Assembly: GCF_006345805.1 (NCBI RefSeq)
Contig: NC_043006.1
Span: forward strand, 88,102,001-88,166,000
Source: Octopus sinensis
Taxonomy: Eukaryota
Length of the DNA: 64,000 nucleotides
Direction of reading: 5' to 3'
A model generated the notes under the pieces. The model had not been told where the DNA came from, made no database searches, and worked only from the letters and a program-made list of their open reading frames with translations. The translations under genes and the position numbers were made by a program. Positions within the stretch are counted from its first letter, which is position 1. Each line of letters begins with the position of its first letter. Below are positions 39,570 to 52,650 of the stretch, one piece after another.

Positions 39570-42370
39570 TAGGTAGATAGATAGATATATGTAGATATAG
39601 ACATATATGCATGTGTATGAGTGTATTTGTGTGTGTGTGCGCATGTACTCCGATCCATATCAGTGTGATAAGGAAACAAAGCAATGATGATGATGATGGT
39701 GTGTGTGTGTGTTGGTGCATACACCTATACATGGACATCTGAAACTACTGCTGCAGTATCTTAAGCTTCACTTCTTATCCTGTAGTTTCCAGGTTCAATT
39801 GATTAACAATATTATCAATCATGTACCCACATTATCCCTGCTAGACCACCCCTATTACAGGAAAAACTCAAAAATATAAAAGCTAATGGGGTTTTTTTCT
39901 GTTTCAAATGTTTAAACTTACAGTCTGAAGTCGATTTTATAAACTGATAAAAAGTAGATTATATAAATATTCCAATGAGAAACCCCAAGACAAAAGAAAG
40001 AATACCAATAAAGCACAGTAAATTAATTGAATGGTGCCAGTCAGAGAGCAGTATCATCAAACATAAGCTGATCATTTTGAGGTAAAAGGAGTCTGGTCAA
40101 GTGCACATTTTTTGAGAAACATCTTGGACACACTTCTAGTCTTATCATAGACCAGACCCAGGGTGTGCTTTACAAACCAAGCATCAGATAGTTAACTGAG
40201 TGGTGTTTTGCTATTATAATATAGAATTTTATGACAGTACTTAACATTTCTCTTGCTCAAACTTTTGCTACCCTTGTCACTTCCAGACATGATTATGAAG
40301 AGGAGAGTGGTAGGAAAATAAAAGAAGAGTAAGGAGCTATTTAAAAAAATTTTGAAACTAATTTACCAAAACCAAATTTTTATAAATTCTTAATATTTTT
40401 AAAAGCATTTTGAAATTTTTCTCTGCGATTGATATTTGAATAATCAATTTTTAAATCATTTAAATAGAAATAAGAAATATTTTTTCATGTAATAAATTTG
40501 TGAATGATAAATTTTAAAGCTCAACTCCATTAATTTATCAAATTTTAATATATTTCATTAATTTTTTTTCTAATATATATAATTCAGATCCCTAATTTTG
40601 CTGCTTAGAAGTCATATTTGTGACTATTATCTGTATTGATTAATTTTTACTATTTTGTATGGAAATATATATATAGAAAATATTTCTTGGCCTAACAATT
40701 AAACAATTAAAATATAAATCCTATTTTGAGAACAACAAATGAAATGTACTATTTAATGAGCTTAAATTGGCATATTTATGCCTTAAATCTTGAAATAATT
40801 TTATTTTCAATGAATCATAAAAATTGCCAAGTTTCTTTGAGAATAAGATCATTCATAGATTATTTAGAATATAATATTATTAGATAATAAGATTATTCTT
40901 AGATTTAAGACATAAATATTCCAATTTAAGCTCATTAAGTAGAACATTAAAAATTGAATGAAACATGTTGATATCTTTTGCACCTAAACATGCACATAAA
41001 CACACTATATTTTGCACCTAAAATCTACTCTCTACAATGGATTTAAGTATACATACTTTCAAAATGTTGAGAATTCCAAAAATTGTTAGTTTGTACAGTG
41101 CTACCCTCCAAAACTCTTACACCATGCAAACAACTAGATGGAACCAAACTGAAACCAGTCAAAATTTGAAACAAGTGTAGTACTACCACACTTTTGCACT
41201 TAAGTTTACTTACAAAGTTTTCAATGTACCAAAATATATTGTGACCACACTCAAATTTGGTAATTTTTCCTTCAGAAGTTTTCAGTTAGATACAGTTTTC
41301 AGTTAAATTCTTCTTGTTTGATCTTTTATGGCTTAACTATACATTTATTTTTTATTCTAAAATACTAAAATAACAGAGACACCTTAAAGGAAAATTTAAG
41401 CTTTATTTTCATTCAAAGCAGCCACATTTATTTATACACATTTTTCTACTGGGTGGTGGGTGCCTTTCGCAAAGCCACTCTGCCCCTACACACACATTTT
41501 GTTCTACACCAATGAGATTCACAGAAATCGATTCTTCTTGTTTTGCTCCTTTAATTAAACCAAAGTATTTTGAAAAGTTCTTTTAAATAACAAAGATATG
41601 ATGGTTTGAAGATGATTGGTATTACTCCCCTTCTGATTTGACAACTTTTTGACACATAAGTAATTTTTTACGACTTAAATTGTGATGAGGCTTATGGAAT
41701 TTGATTCATCTCATTCAGATGTTTAATTTATGTGTTATTAAAGCAAGAGCAATGGAAAAATTAAGAAACTATACTGGATCTACATGGTACTTTCTCACAT
41801 TTAAACTCTTACTTTTATCATAATTCATTTTCAACCGCCCATATTTTCATATATGTCAGAATATGGTGGAGCATAGGACCTTTTCAGTGCCCTTAACCTG
41901 ATGTAATTTTGTCAAGAATTGAATTAGCTAAAGGACATAGAGGTGGTTGAGCAAAAATAAATGCTGACCATTAGAATATTATCCATCCACAGCAGTGAGT
42001 GAATGATTGTGCATGTATATGTGTATATGTATAAATATATATATACAATGTATCTATCCTATACTGTTAAAATTACAAGGTCACCTAAAATCTATCTTCA
42101 TCAAAGTAAATAACCTAAACCAGTTCAATCCACAATGGTAAGAAATAAACTGATGAAGATTCCCCAAACTGTTCCAGAATCAAATATCTAATTCCAAAAG
42201 AATGTGCATGTGTGTGTGAGTGTGTGTATAAACACAAATATTTATATATATAAAACTAGGCTATTGTTACAAATATACACATGTATACAACTATACACAA
42301 TCCTATATACATACAAATATAAAAACATATGTGTATATATATACATATAAACATACATATATATACATAC

Positions 42371-42698
42371 AGGAACACTCCGTCAGTTGTGACGACGAGG
42401 GTCCCAGCTGATATGATCAACGGAACAGCTTGCTCGTGAAATTAACGTGCAAGTGGCTGAGCACTCCACAAACACATGTACCCTTCATGTAGTTCTCGGG
42501 AAGATTCAGCGTGACACATAGTGTGACAAGGCTGAACCTTTGAAATACAGGCACTACTCACTTTTGCCACCTGAGTGGACTGGAGCAACATGAAATAAAG
42601 TGTCTTGCTCAAGGACAAAACATGCCGCCAGGAATTGAACCTCCCGACCTTACATTCAGGAACCGAATACCCCTAACCACTAAGCCACACGCCTTCAC
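42371..42698 (-). mobile_element. Full-length tRNA-derived SINE, family D (OR-like; possible Nin/Deu-type central domain)
   Basis: Minus strand: A-box TGGCTTAGTGG (42677-42687), B-box GGTTCAATTCC (42631-42641), gtccttgagcaagacact, then gtggagtgctcagccacttgcacgttaatttcacgagc. The domain name is from memory. Confidence 0.8.
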
Positions 42699-42999
42699 AC
42701 ACACATATATATATATACACACACACACACATATATATATATACATACATATACATATATATATATATATTGATTTGCCTAATAATGGTTTTATCTCTAA
42801 TTTAATTTATATATATACATACATATATATATATACATATATATATACATACATATATACATACATATATATATACATATATATGTACATATATATATAT
42901 ATACACACATATATACATGTATATATATATGTATTCATATATTTACATATATATATATATGTGTGTGTGTATATTCATACATATATACATACATATATA

Positions 43000-43340
43000 T
43001 TGGGTTGTCCGGAAAGTTCGTGCCAATCTATAGTAGCTTACCTTTCAACTTCTTTTAGAACATGGTTGAGTCCATAAAATAGAATTTGACTACACGTCTA
43101 TTTAGAGCACAGTTTAAGCTATCTTTTCGTGGAAGAAGGTTTATGTTCCTATAACCTGTGTTAATTCTGTAACCCTTTAAAATGGAAGATAAGAAAGTTC
43201 ATTTTCGGCACTTGATGTTTTGGGAACCAGACAAAAATTGCTGCAGCTCGGTTGGGATGTGTTCCCCCACCCTCCACATTCACCAGATATTGCTCCTTCA
43301 GATTTCCACTTATTCAGGTCTCTGCAGAATAGTCTTAATG
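43000..43340 (+). mobile_element. Internally deleted mariner derivative with left TIR
   Basis: TA|ttgggttgtccggaaagttcgtgcc TIR. ATG at 43182 gives MEDKKVHFRHLMFW, joined directly to TRQKLLQLGWDVFPHPPHSPDIAPSDFHLFRSLQNSLN. Cut off by (TACA)n. Confidence 0.85.
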
Positions 43341-43400
43341 TACATACATACATACACACATACATACATACATACATACATACATACATACATACATACA

Positions 43401-43645
43401 TCAGGTTTATACTTGTAATTATTGAGGCCCTGGGATATGTAACACACTGCCTAAATACCAATCTTAAGAAATTAGGCTTCTCAAAACCAGAAAGGAGAAT
43501 GCTAATTCGAAGACTACAGATCCAATCCATCACTGGAACTAAAAATCTGTAAAACTTGCCAGTTTATCATTTAAATATATATGAGCATGTCTAGATATGT
43601 AACTATAGGCATGAGAATACATACATAAAACATACAAATCTGCAC
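43401..43645 (+). mobile_element. R2-superfamily (RLE; R4/Dong- or NeSL-like) non-LTR 3' end, copy 1
   Basis: RFILVIIEALGYVTHCLNTNLKKLGF...LIRRLQIQSITGT/KICKTCQFII* matches the RLE C-terminal pattern PIIIGALG...LG...LQ..S..GT.KI.K. Short UTR, then (TACA)n. Confidence 0.6.
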
Positions 43646-43817
43646 ATACATACATACATACATACATACATGCATGCATGCATACTTACACACACACACA
43701 CACCACACACACACACACACCACACACACACACACACCACACACACACACACACATACATACATACATGCATGCATGCATACTTACACACACACACACAC
43801 ATACATACATACATACA

Positions 43818-44062
43818 TCAGGTTTATACTTGTAATTATTGAGGCCCTGGGATATGTAACACACTGCCTAAATACCAATCTTAAGAAATTAGGCTTCTCA
43901 AAACCAGAAAGGAGAATGCTAATTCGAAGACTACAGATCCAATCCATCACTGGAACTAAAAATCTGTAAAACTTGCCAGTTTATCATTTAAATATATATG
44001 AGCATGTCTAGATATGTAACTATAGGCATGAGAATACATACATAAAACATACAAATCTGCAC
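43818..44062 (+). mobile_element. R2-superfamily RLE 3' end, copy 2 (identical to 43401-43645)
   Basis: Base-for-base identical over 245 bp at a 417-bp offset. Confidence 0.6.
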
Positions 44063-44102
44063 ATACATACATACATACATACATACATGCATGCATGCAT
44101 AC

Positions 44103-44171
<69 letters not shown>

Positions 44172-44199
44172 TACATACATACATACATACATACATACA

Positions 44200-44230
<31 letters not shown>

Positions 44231-45232
44231 GAATGTTATTTTTTTAAATATATTTAGTTATATAATTGTAAAATGACAAGACTTCTGAAACATTTGTATG
44301 CTTTGCATGTACAAGTTTAAACATATTCATATTGTTAAACACCTCAGATCAAAGCTAGCCAAAATGCAATGAGTATGAGGGAAAAAATCGTAAAAATGCC
44401 AAAATAATATTGTTAAAAGAATAATAAATGGCTAGCTTTGATGTTCATTCTGATTTTCAGTTTTTGTGTGCTCTATGATATAAACATGAATAAGTACTTG
44501 AGTTTTATACTTTTGACTTAATGTATTTTTCAATAGTAGAATTGTTTCATGGTGGAGAACTATGATAGGAAGAGCAAAAGACAGATTTATCAAGCATATG
44601 GGGAATCAGTGTGTAGTTATATGATAGTATAAAGGAAATTTGTACCTTAGTACATGTGCATACACATGAAGATAAACATGTCCACATACAAACTCACACG
44701 TGTGGGCATATGAGCACAAACACATATGCATCAAATATACATGTGTTACTCACAGACATATAGTAATATAAATTACAGATTTTCCATTGTTGTTACTTTA
44801 ACTTTCCTGTTAGTGGATACTTATCAAGTTATGTTCTTTATTTGTCTCAACTTTGCCATTTCCATTTCCGTTAGGGTGTACAACTCTTAGATGGTAGAAA
44901 TGAGATATATCCCCTTGACAGTACAATGAAATCTCAAGATCTACTGTGAAAAATAAATCAATAATAGGTCAAAATAGAAAAGGAAAGAGATTAATATAAG
45001 ACAAGTAGAAAAGTGTGAAAATAAATAAATCAAAAATAGAGCAAGAGGAAGAATGAAAACGTGAAAAATGGAAGGGGAACCAGAAAAGTAAGAATGTGCA
45101 CATACATTTGCATGTGTATGTGTGTTAGTCTGGTAAAGATGATACAATGTAGTTCTATAACATATGCTTCTCAAAACGTCTGCACTTCCCAAAAATCCCT
45201 GATCTGGTATATAAATAAATATCATTATGCAG

Positions 45233-45364
45233 AATTTTGAGGACGTTATGGATAATGGTCATGTTGATTCTCTTGCGGATGAGGATATCATATCCATTTT
45301 TGTAAACTTCCAGATTTTGAATAACATTGCAGCAACACTGATGCATGTTCTAGTAGTGCAAAAG
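45233..45364 (+). CDS. Unverified exon candidate (132 nt, phase 0-0)
   Basis: tatgcAG|...|GTatca bounds an open frame NFEDVMDNGHVDSLADEDIISIFVNFQILNNIAATLMHVLVVQK. No partner exons confirmed; may be the antisense of an old LINE relic. Confidence 0.15.
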
Positions 45365-47104
45365 GTATCATTTATGAAGCTGAGATTGCATTCATAAAAC
45401 AAACATCATCAATATGATATAAAAATGATACACAGGCATAAATAAAGGGAAGTTCAAGTTGAATTTCAACAACAAATAATTACACTTCTAGAAACATCAA
45501 CATATATAAATATATATTGGTATTCTCAGCTTTTTCAGCTATGATTATTGAATTATTTTCCATGCAAATGCACCAAAGCTCTTTTCTATTTAAATTACAT
45601 CATGTCTTATTACTCTCAACAGGAAAAAATCTTGTTAATTTTTACATGTCCTTTTTAACATATTTTGTGAATACATTTTAATTCATTTAGTTTCATAGTT
45701 CTCAGAAAAATACTTGTGCTTTTATATCACCTTTGGTATACTGTTATTTAGAAAAAAAACATTATTTATAGTTCTTATATAGTTTTTTCATGATGACAAA
45801 TGCGTAATAATTCTGAATATCTGAATATTAGTATAGAAATTATTTTTGTTAAATGTTTTTTAAACTGATAAAATCAGTAAAAGAAAAATATCTATAAAAA
45901 AAGTAGTAAATAAATCTTTCCCTGTTTTGTATTATACATCATGGCAGTTATTGCTATTTTCTCTAATTCCATTCTCCTTGTATCCTATACTTCTTTGATC
46001 TCTCTTATTCCTCACAGACATAATTTGAATCTCATTTGTTCTACTTGTTTTCCTACATCATAAAATAAAATTCTAATCACTCTTAACATTTCTTCCATCA
46101 TTTCATCTAACTCTCTCTTTCCATTCTTTTAGTCTAGTCTTCAACTTTCTCCATCCACCCCCCAGTAATGATTGTGTTTTATAATTTTTTTGTTTAGACT
46201 CTTTTTTTCAGTATTTTGATTATATTTATGATAGAGTATTATTTATTTACTATACTATACACTCAAACCAGATTCTGACAGGTTTCAGAAAATTGACCTT
46301 AAACAGTAACTAAATTCACAATCAGATACATTCAATATTAATTACATTTTTGGATTTAGGCTCTTTGAAATATATTGATATATTTTTAAATTTCTTTTTC
46401 TTCAAAATGGTTTCAAGAAATTTTAATTTTGAACTTTTGACTGTGAGGTTTTATTTTGATTAATCTTTTTTTCCTTTTTTTTATATATATATGAGACATG
46501 TTTTCATATAAAACCATATTTTAGGAAAATTATATTTTCTATTTTCTGTTGTACATCCATTTATATATTCTGGACTGAGTCAAATATTTTTTTCTTTTAC
46601 AAATTTGGGGAATTGTTGATACCTGTTTAATTACAGCTGTATGTTTCTAATACTACTAACCTTTTAACAGTTAAGCAATTTGCCATCAAATTCCCATACT
46701 CATAATACAATGCCTATAAGAAGGTTTTAAAAAATAAAGTTTTTACTTCAAGAGTTGCTGATGAAAGAAATTTCTAAGAAGTAAACTGACTTAACTATTT
46801 AAAAGTCCTATCAAACAATTTTCTCCTCTAACCACTATCCAGCTTATTTAACTTATCTCTCCTCCTGCTGTATCCAAATCTATCAAAGATATTCATTGTA
46901 ACTTTAACTGCTAGTTTCTTTTTAAACTAAGCTACCAGTGTGAGAAAATAACTGGTTTCATTTGGTTGTGCCATCACTAGAAGGGACAGAGTTAAACATA
47001 TATACTTTCTCCAAGCCATGCCAGCATGGAAAAGCACGCTTAAAAGCAATTGCATATATTATAGCATTGATTTATACAGTTGTATGAATCAATACTATAT
47101 CAAT

Positions 47105-47298
47105 GCTGGCAGAATAGTTAAGCTGCTGGGCATGGAATTTCATCTGTTTTTATACTCTGAGTTCAAATCCTGCTGAGGCTGACTTTGCCATTCATCCTTT
47201 TGAGGTCAATGAAATAAGTACCAATTGAGAACTGAAGTCCATGTAATTAATTACTCCCTCGAAATTGCTGGCCTTGTGCCAAAAGTCTTAAACCAATA
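47105..47298 (+). mobile_element. tRNA-derived SINE, family B
   Basis: gctggcagaatagtta...ctgagttcaaatcc...gactttgccattcatccttttgaggtcaatgaaataagtacc...gctggccttgtgccaaaa. Confidence 0.75.
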
Positions 47299-47319
47299 TA
47301 TAAATGGATAACAAAATAA

Positions 47320-48060
47320 TTTTCAAAAATAAAGTTATGATAGGGAGTATAGTTGTAAATGTCTTGTTAGATTATATCACTCTGTCATGTCGCAATCACT
47401 TTATTTCATATCTATATAGTATAGAAAGGGCAAGCTGAACTTTTGTTAAACTCCTATGTATTGTGTGATATGATAGATATCTTCTCCACTTATCATCAGG
47501 TAACACAGTTGTACATACATATAGCATTTGCATAGAGGTTAACTCACAAAACTTTTATTTTTTGTAATGCAGTATGGGTGCTATCAATTCCTACAAGACA
47601 CTGTGGCATAATAGCTCACTCTAGAAATACAAAGTAGTTACAGTCTTTTGGAGAATTAGATTAGGTTTTGGCCATGTCTTACTTGATGGACAATCTGGAA
47701 TAGTCTTTTAAGCTATTATTTAGGACATCATAGCCCACTCATGTAGGGGGTTGTGGTTTACTAAGTTGTAACCAGATGTCAGTGGTTTGTTTTGTATTTC
47801 TTGAAGAAATTTGACCAGGTGCCATCTGAATGTTATGGCATTATTTTTTTCTACAATTTCTTTCAGAATAATGTTGAATAAGGCAAGACAAATTGAGGCA
47901 AAAACTAACTTGTGTTGCAATGTTATGTAATGTGAGTTCAAATTTTGTAGAGGCCATAAAGCTCTGGAGCCCAGGCTTGGGTAACTTGTGAAGTTGATAT
48001 TGGCATTGTTTGAACAATATTGATTGAACATTTTCCACATTGCATAAATAATTTAGTGCA
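47320..48060 (-). mobile_element. Highly degenerate LINE RT relic
   Basis: Minus frames give LQHKLVFASICLALFNIILKEIV (like LRQG..LSP.LFNI.LE), LSIK.DMAK (like GL.IN..KT) and NYFVFLE (like F.YLG), in the expected order. Confidence 0.35.
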
Positions 48061-48171
48061 CATGGCACCATTGGTGAGAATAAAATTTGAATTTCTTAGG
48101 TGCCATTTGTCCTTTTTAGTTACATATTTAATTCTTGTCTACACTGCATTTGACTAATATATATATATATA

Positions 48172-49924
48172 TTTCTGGTAAGGCAGCTGCAGGAGAAGTA
48201 CCTAGCCAAAGCTAAACTTCTGCACTTGGCTTTTGTTGACATGGAGAAAGCCTTCGACAGGATTCCCCAATCCCTTGTCAGGTGGTCAATGAAGAAACTA
48301 GGGATAGATGAGTGGTTGGTAAGAGCTGTACAAACCATGTACAGGGATAGTCAGTAAGGTGAGGGTTGGCAACTAGTATAGTGATGAATTCTGGGTATAA
48401 GTAGGGGTTTACCAAGGAACAGTCCTCATCCCCCACCTGTTCGTCATAGTCCTCCAGGCAATAACAGAGGAGTTTAAGACAGGCTACCTCTGGGAGCTCC
48501 TCTATGCTATTGACCTTGTTCTTATGGCTGAATCACTACCAGAACTAAAGAAGAAATTTCAAATGTAGAAGCAAGGTCTAGAAGCAAAGGGCCTCAGTGT
48601 TAACCTAGAAAAAACCAAAGTCTTAGTAAGTAGGAAACCAGACAAAAAACAAATGCCTTCAGGTAGAAGGCCCTGCGAGCTCTGGTCACATAAGAGGTGC
48701 AGCATTAGAGGAAGGTTAACTGGGAAAATAGTTTTTGTGTGAGGAAAGTTTACAGGTATGATAAACACTAAAATGGTATAGAAAATAGACTCCATCAACT
48801 ACCAGTGGGGTAAGTTAGAGGTGGTTGATAGCTTCTGTTATCTAGGCAACCAAGTCTGTAGCAGAGGTGGATGCTCTGAGAGCATAGCTCTAAGGATAAA
48901 AATAGGCTGGGCAAGGTTCAGAGAGCTCCTACCTCTGTTGGCAACAAAGGGTCTCTCCTTCAGAGTGAAAGGCAGACTGTATGATACCTGTCTGTGAACA
49001 CCTGTGCTACACAGTAGTGAAACATGTCTGTGACCACTGAGGATATGCATAGGTTTGAAAGAAATGAAGCTAACATGCTTCGCTGGATGTGCAATGTCAG
49101 TGTACATATATGATAAAATGTAAGTGCCTTGAGAGAAACGTTGGGCATAAGAGGCATCAGATGTGGTGTGTAAGAGAGATGACTGTGCTAGTATTGTCCT
49201 GTGATGCAAATGGATGAGGACAGCTGTGTAAGTGCCAATCTCTAACTGTTGAGGGAACCTTCGGAAGAGGTAGACTCTGCAAGACATGGGACAAGTTGTT
49301 GAAGCATGATCTTTGAACATTGGGCCTCACGGAGGCAATGACTAGTGACTGAGTCCTTTTGCAAAATGCCATGCTTGAGAAGACCTGTCAAACCAAGAGA
49401 AATTGTAGTCATGGTCGATGCCAGTGTCATGTAATTGGTACCCCTGCTGGTGGCACGTAAAAAGCACCTTTTGAGTATTGGGCCTCATGGAGATAATATG
49501 GCTGATGCCCAGCTTATTCTTATCCTTGTAACTAGCACCTGTGACAGTGTTATATAACCAGCACCTGTTCCAGTGGTACATAAAAATCACCTTTCAAACG
49601 TTAGGCTTTACAGAGGCAATGACAAATGACCAAGACTTTTGGCAATATGCTGTGCCTGAGAAGACTTATCAAGCCGAGTGAAATTGTAGTCATGGCAGAT
49701 ACTAGTATCACACAACTCGCACATAAAATCATCCATTCCACTCTTGGAGTGGTTGACATTAGGAAGGGCATCTAGCCATAGAAATCATACCAAATCAGAC
49801 TGGAGTCTGGTGCAGCCCCTCAGCTTATCAACCCTGGTCAAACTATCCAACCCATGCCAGCATGAACAACAGATGTTAAATGATGATGATAATGATGATG
49901 ATGATGATGATGATGATAATGATG
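48172..49924 (+). mobile_element. 5'-truncated RTE-clade LINE (RT domain to (GAT)n tail, family 1)
   Basis: FLVRQLQEKYL...AFVDMEKAFDR...VGVYQGTVL...LLYAIDLVLMAES (YADD mutated)...VNLEKTKV...FCYLGNQV...RIKIGWARFRELLPLL..., with multiple stops and frameshifts, repeated UTR units, the terminal domain and (GAT)n at 49881-49924. Confidence 0.9.
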
Positions 49925-50462
49925 TACATTTTAGTAATAACATATTCTACAGAATTTGATGCTACTTACTGATTGTGTACTTCATTACAATGATATACAC
50001 AGCCTCTTTCTTTGATTAAAATCTTATGTCAATTGAAACATAATTGAAACAGTTTATACTCCACTAGAACTACATTTTTCTAAACATATAACATACGACA
50101 AAAATGCAATTATCTTTAATTTTAAAAATTTTATAATATTGAACTTATTGTTGATGGTATTAAATAAATTCATAAAGAGATCAGCATATAATGCTATGAA
50201 CAGTCGTCCATAGTTTTAGAGATCATATATGGCTTTGATTGCACCAAAGATAAATGAAACTCAATTAATTTAAACTTACAATCAGTATATTAGTACTGGC
50301 ATATTTAATGCATTGAGCACTAGTCCGGTAATACTGCAAAATTTAAATGAATATAGTTGACAGGGAATACTTACAATACAGTAGTAAATTCAAAAACATA
50401 AAAATACTCTTTTTTCACAATAACAAATTCTTCTTCTGATGTACATTTGTATACTATAAATA

Positions 50463-50493
<31 letters not shown>

Positions 50494-50497
<4 letters not shown>

Positions 50498-50699
50498 TAA
50501 GCAATAAAGGGTTTAGCAACGAATTGCCTTACCACATACCGAATTTAGAAATAGCAGTCAAAGAGTTATAGCTATTTCTTCTACTAAAAAGGGAGATCTC
50601 CCTTTTTAGTAGAAGAAATAGCTATAACTCTTTGACTGCTATTTCTAAATTCGGTATGTGGTAAGGCAATTCGTTGCTAAACCCTTTATTGCTTAGTAT
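50494..50699. repeat. Perfect 206-bp palindrome (103-bp arms, no spacer)
   Basis: 50494-50596 is the exact reverse complement of 50597-50699, centred on AGA|TCT. It lies within a (TA)n-flanked 310-bp segment (about 50497-50805). Confidence 0.95.
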
Positions 50700-50809
50700 T
50701 ACTTAAATTTTCCTCGAATGAGGCTTTTACATGCCGAAGACTACTTGGTGTAATTGATAATTATTCCAAATTAATTAATTTCACCCTTCATTATTACGGA
50801 TAACTATAT

Positions 50810-50863
<54 letters not shown>

Positions 50864-51602
50864 GTGTGTGTGTGTGTGTGAATGTGCTTGTATGTGTGTG
50901 TGTGTGAAAAATGTAGAATGAATGTATTTGCTTTACTATGTAGGTGTAATTAAATATTTGTATCTGTTTTTCTATAGCAGGCATCACATATAAAAAAAGA
51001 TCTTAACAAATGAAATGAGGAGAACCATTTCCTGTCTCAGCACTGTTAAAATATTGTAAGTCAATATCAATGTAGTAAACAAGTTTAAAGTACAGAATAA
51101 TAAAAGCAGCAACAAAATATGATATTGTCTGGTCTTAACAATGTTGGTACATGCTAGTGTCTAGTCTTTTGGTATCGTTACTGTTCAACTTATTCGCTTT
51201 TATTAGTTTCAATTAATTTTATAGTTTTCAAATCAAAGTTAGAATAGAATTAATAAAATTAGTTTATGTATCTGTCTAGCTTAGTTGTTTGAATACTACT
51301 ATAATGTGTGTGTGTGTGTGTGTGTGTGTTGGAGTCAGTGTTTTACACTCACTTTTCCATGCTTGTATGGGTTAGATGAATATATCATTGAAGTACTGTT
51401 TTATACCTAGATTTTCTTTTTGTCACTGACCCATAGCTGTTTTCATGTAAGGGACATCTTATTTCACACAAGTACAAAGATGCCAAAGTAAGTGGGATAA
51501 TTTATTAAAAGGAGAAGTGATGACAATGACGTAGTTCATAGTAACTATCATAGGGCACAAATGTAAACAAAAAACGCTTGCACACACACACACATATACA
51601 CT

Positions 51603-51996
51603 CTGTTACTTGTTTCAGTCATTTGACTGTGGCCATCCTGGAGCACCGCCTTTAGTCGAGCAAATTGACCCCAGGACTTATTCATTGTAAGCCTAGTACT
51701 TATTCTATTAGTCTCTTTTGCCAAACCACTAAGTTACCGGGATGTAAAGACACCAGCATTGATTGTCAAGCGATGTTGGAGGGACAAGCACAGACACACA
51801 AACATGTACACACACATACATATATATGACAGGCTTCTTTCAGTTTCTGCCTACCAAATCCACTCACAAGGCTTTGGTCAGCCCAAGGCTATAGTAGAGG
51901 ACAGAAGACACTTGCCCAAGGTGCCACACAGTGGGACTGAACCCAGAACTATGTGGTTGGTAAGCAAGCTACTTACCACACAGCCACTCCTGCACC
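51603..51996 (-). mobile_element. Full-length composite SINE, family A
   Basis: Reverse complement collinear with 28073-28523, including the head aggtgcaggagtggctgtgtggtaag. Confidence 0.85.
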
Positions 51997-52505
51997 TATA
52001 TTTTATATAAGTAACAAACAAGAAAGTGAGCAATCAATACTACACTCATAGATTAATAAGTTCTTTCAATTGTATGATGGCTGTTAATATGCTACCAATG
52101 GTTTCATGTAGAATCTTAGTTATCATTTAACTGTACATTGAATAACACAGATACAGCAGCCATTTTCAGGTTGCTCTGTCAGTGTTATTCAATTTACAGT
52201 TGAATAATTGCTAATTTTGCCCACATAATTCACTCGCAAGGTTTTGGTTGATCAGGGGCTATAGTACAAGGCACCTATCCAGTTTGTGCCTTGTAGTAGG
52301 ACAGAATTTTGAAAGTACACAGTTGGGAAACAAACTTCTTAATGACATATCCATGTCTGTGCCTGCACATGAATATGCATGTGTATGATTCATTTATTCT
52401 TTTGCTTTTAATATCTATTTTTCCATGCTTGCACATGTTATATTATTGAGGCACTGTAGTACAGTAACATGCCCATAATGTTATATGCAAGCATATTACT
52501 AAGCA

Positions 52506-52650
52506 GAGGTTGACTTTGCCTTTCATCCTTTCGGGGGTCGATTAAATAAGTACCAGTTATGCACTGGGGTCGATGTAATTGACTTAATCCCTTTGTGTGA
52601 CCTTGTTTGTCCCCTCTATTTTTAGCCCCCTGTGGGCAATAAAGACATAA
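52506..52650 (+). mobile_element. SINE family-B variant with a Tx1-like 3' tail
   Basis: Core gactttgcctttcatcctttcgggggtcgattaaataagtaccag, then ttgtttgtcccctctatttttagccccctgtgggcAATAAAg instead of the usual ggccttgtgccaaaa tail. Confidence 0.8.

Noticed and set aside
47425-47499. Plus-strand exon candidate KGQAELLLNSYVLCDMIDIFSTYHQ, and a DH-domain-like reading of ORF 47720..48040
   Set aside because: It lies within a minus-strand stretch whose motifs follow RT order, so a LINE relic is the simpler explanation.
49925-49930. TACATT after a second RTE tail, suggesting target-site preference
   Set aside because: Only two of several RTE ends show it, there is no matching left TSD at 48172, and the hexamer is common in AT-rich DNA.
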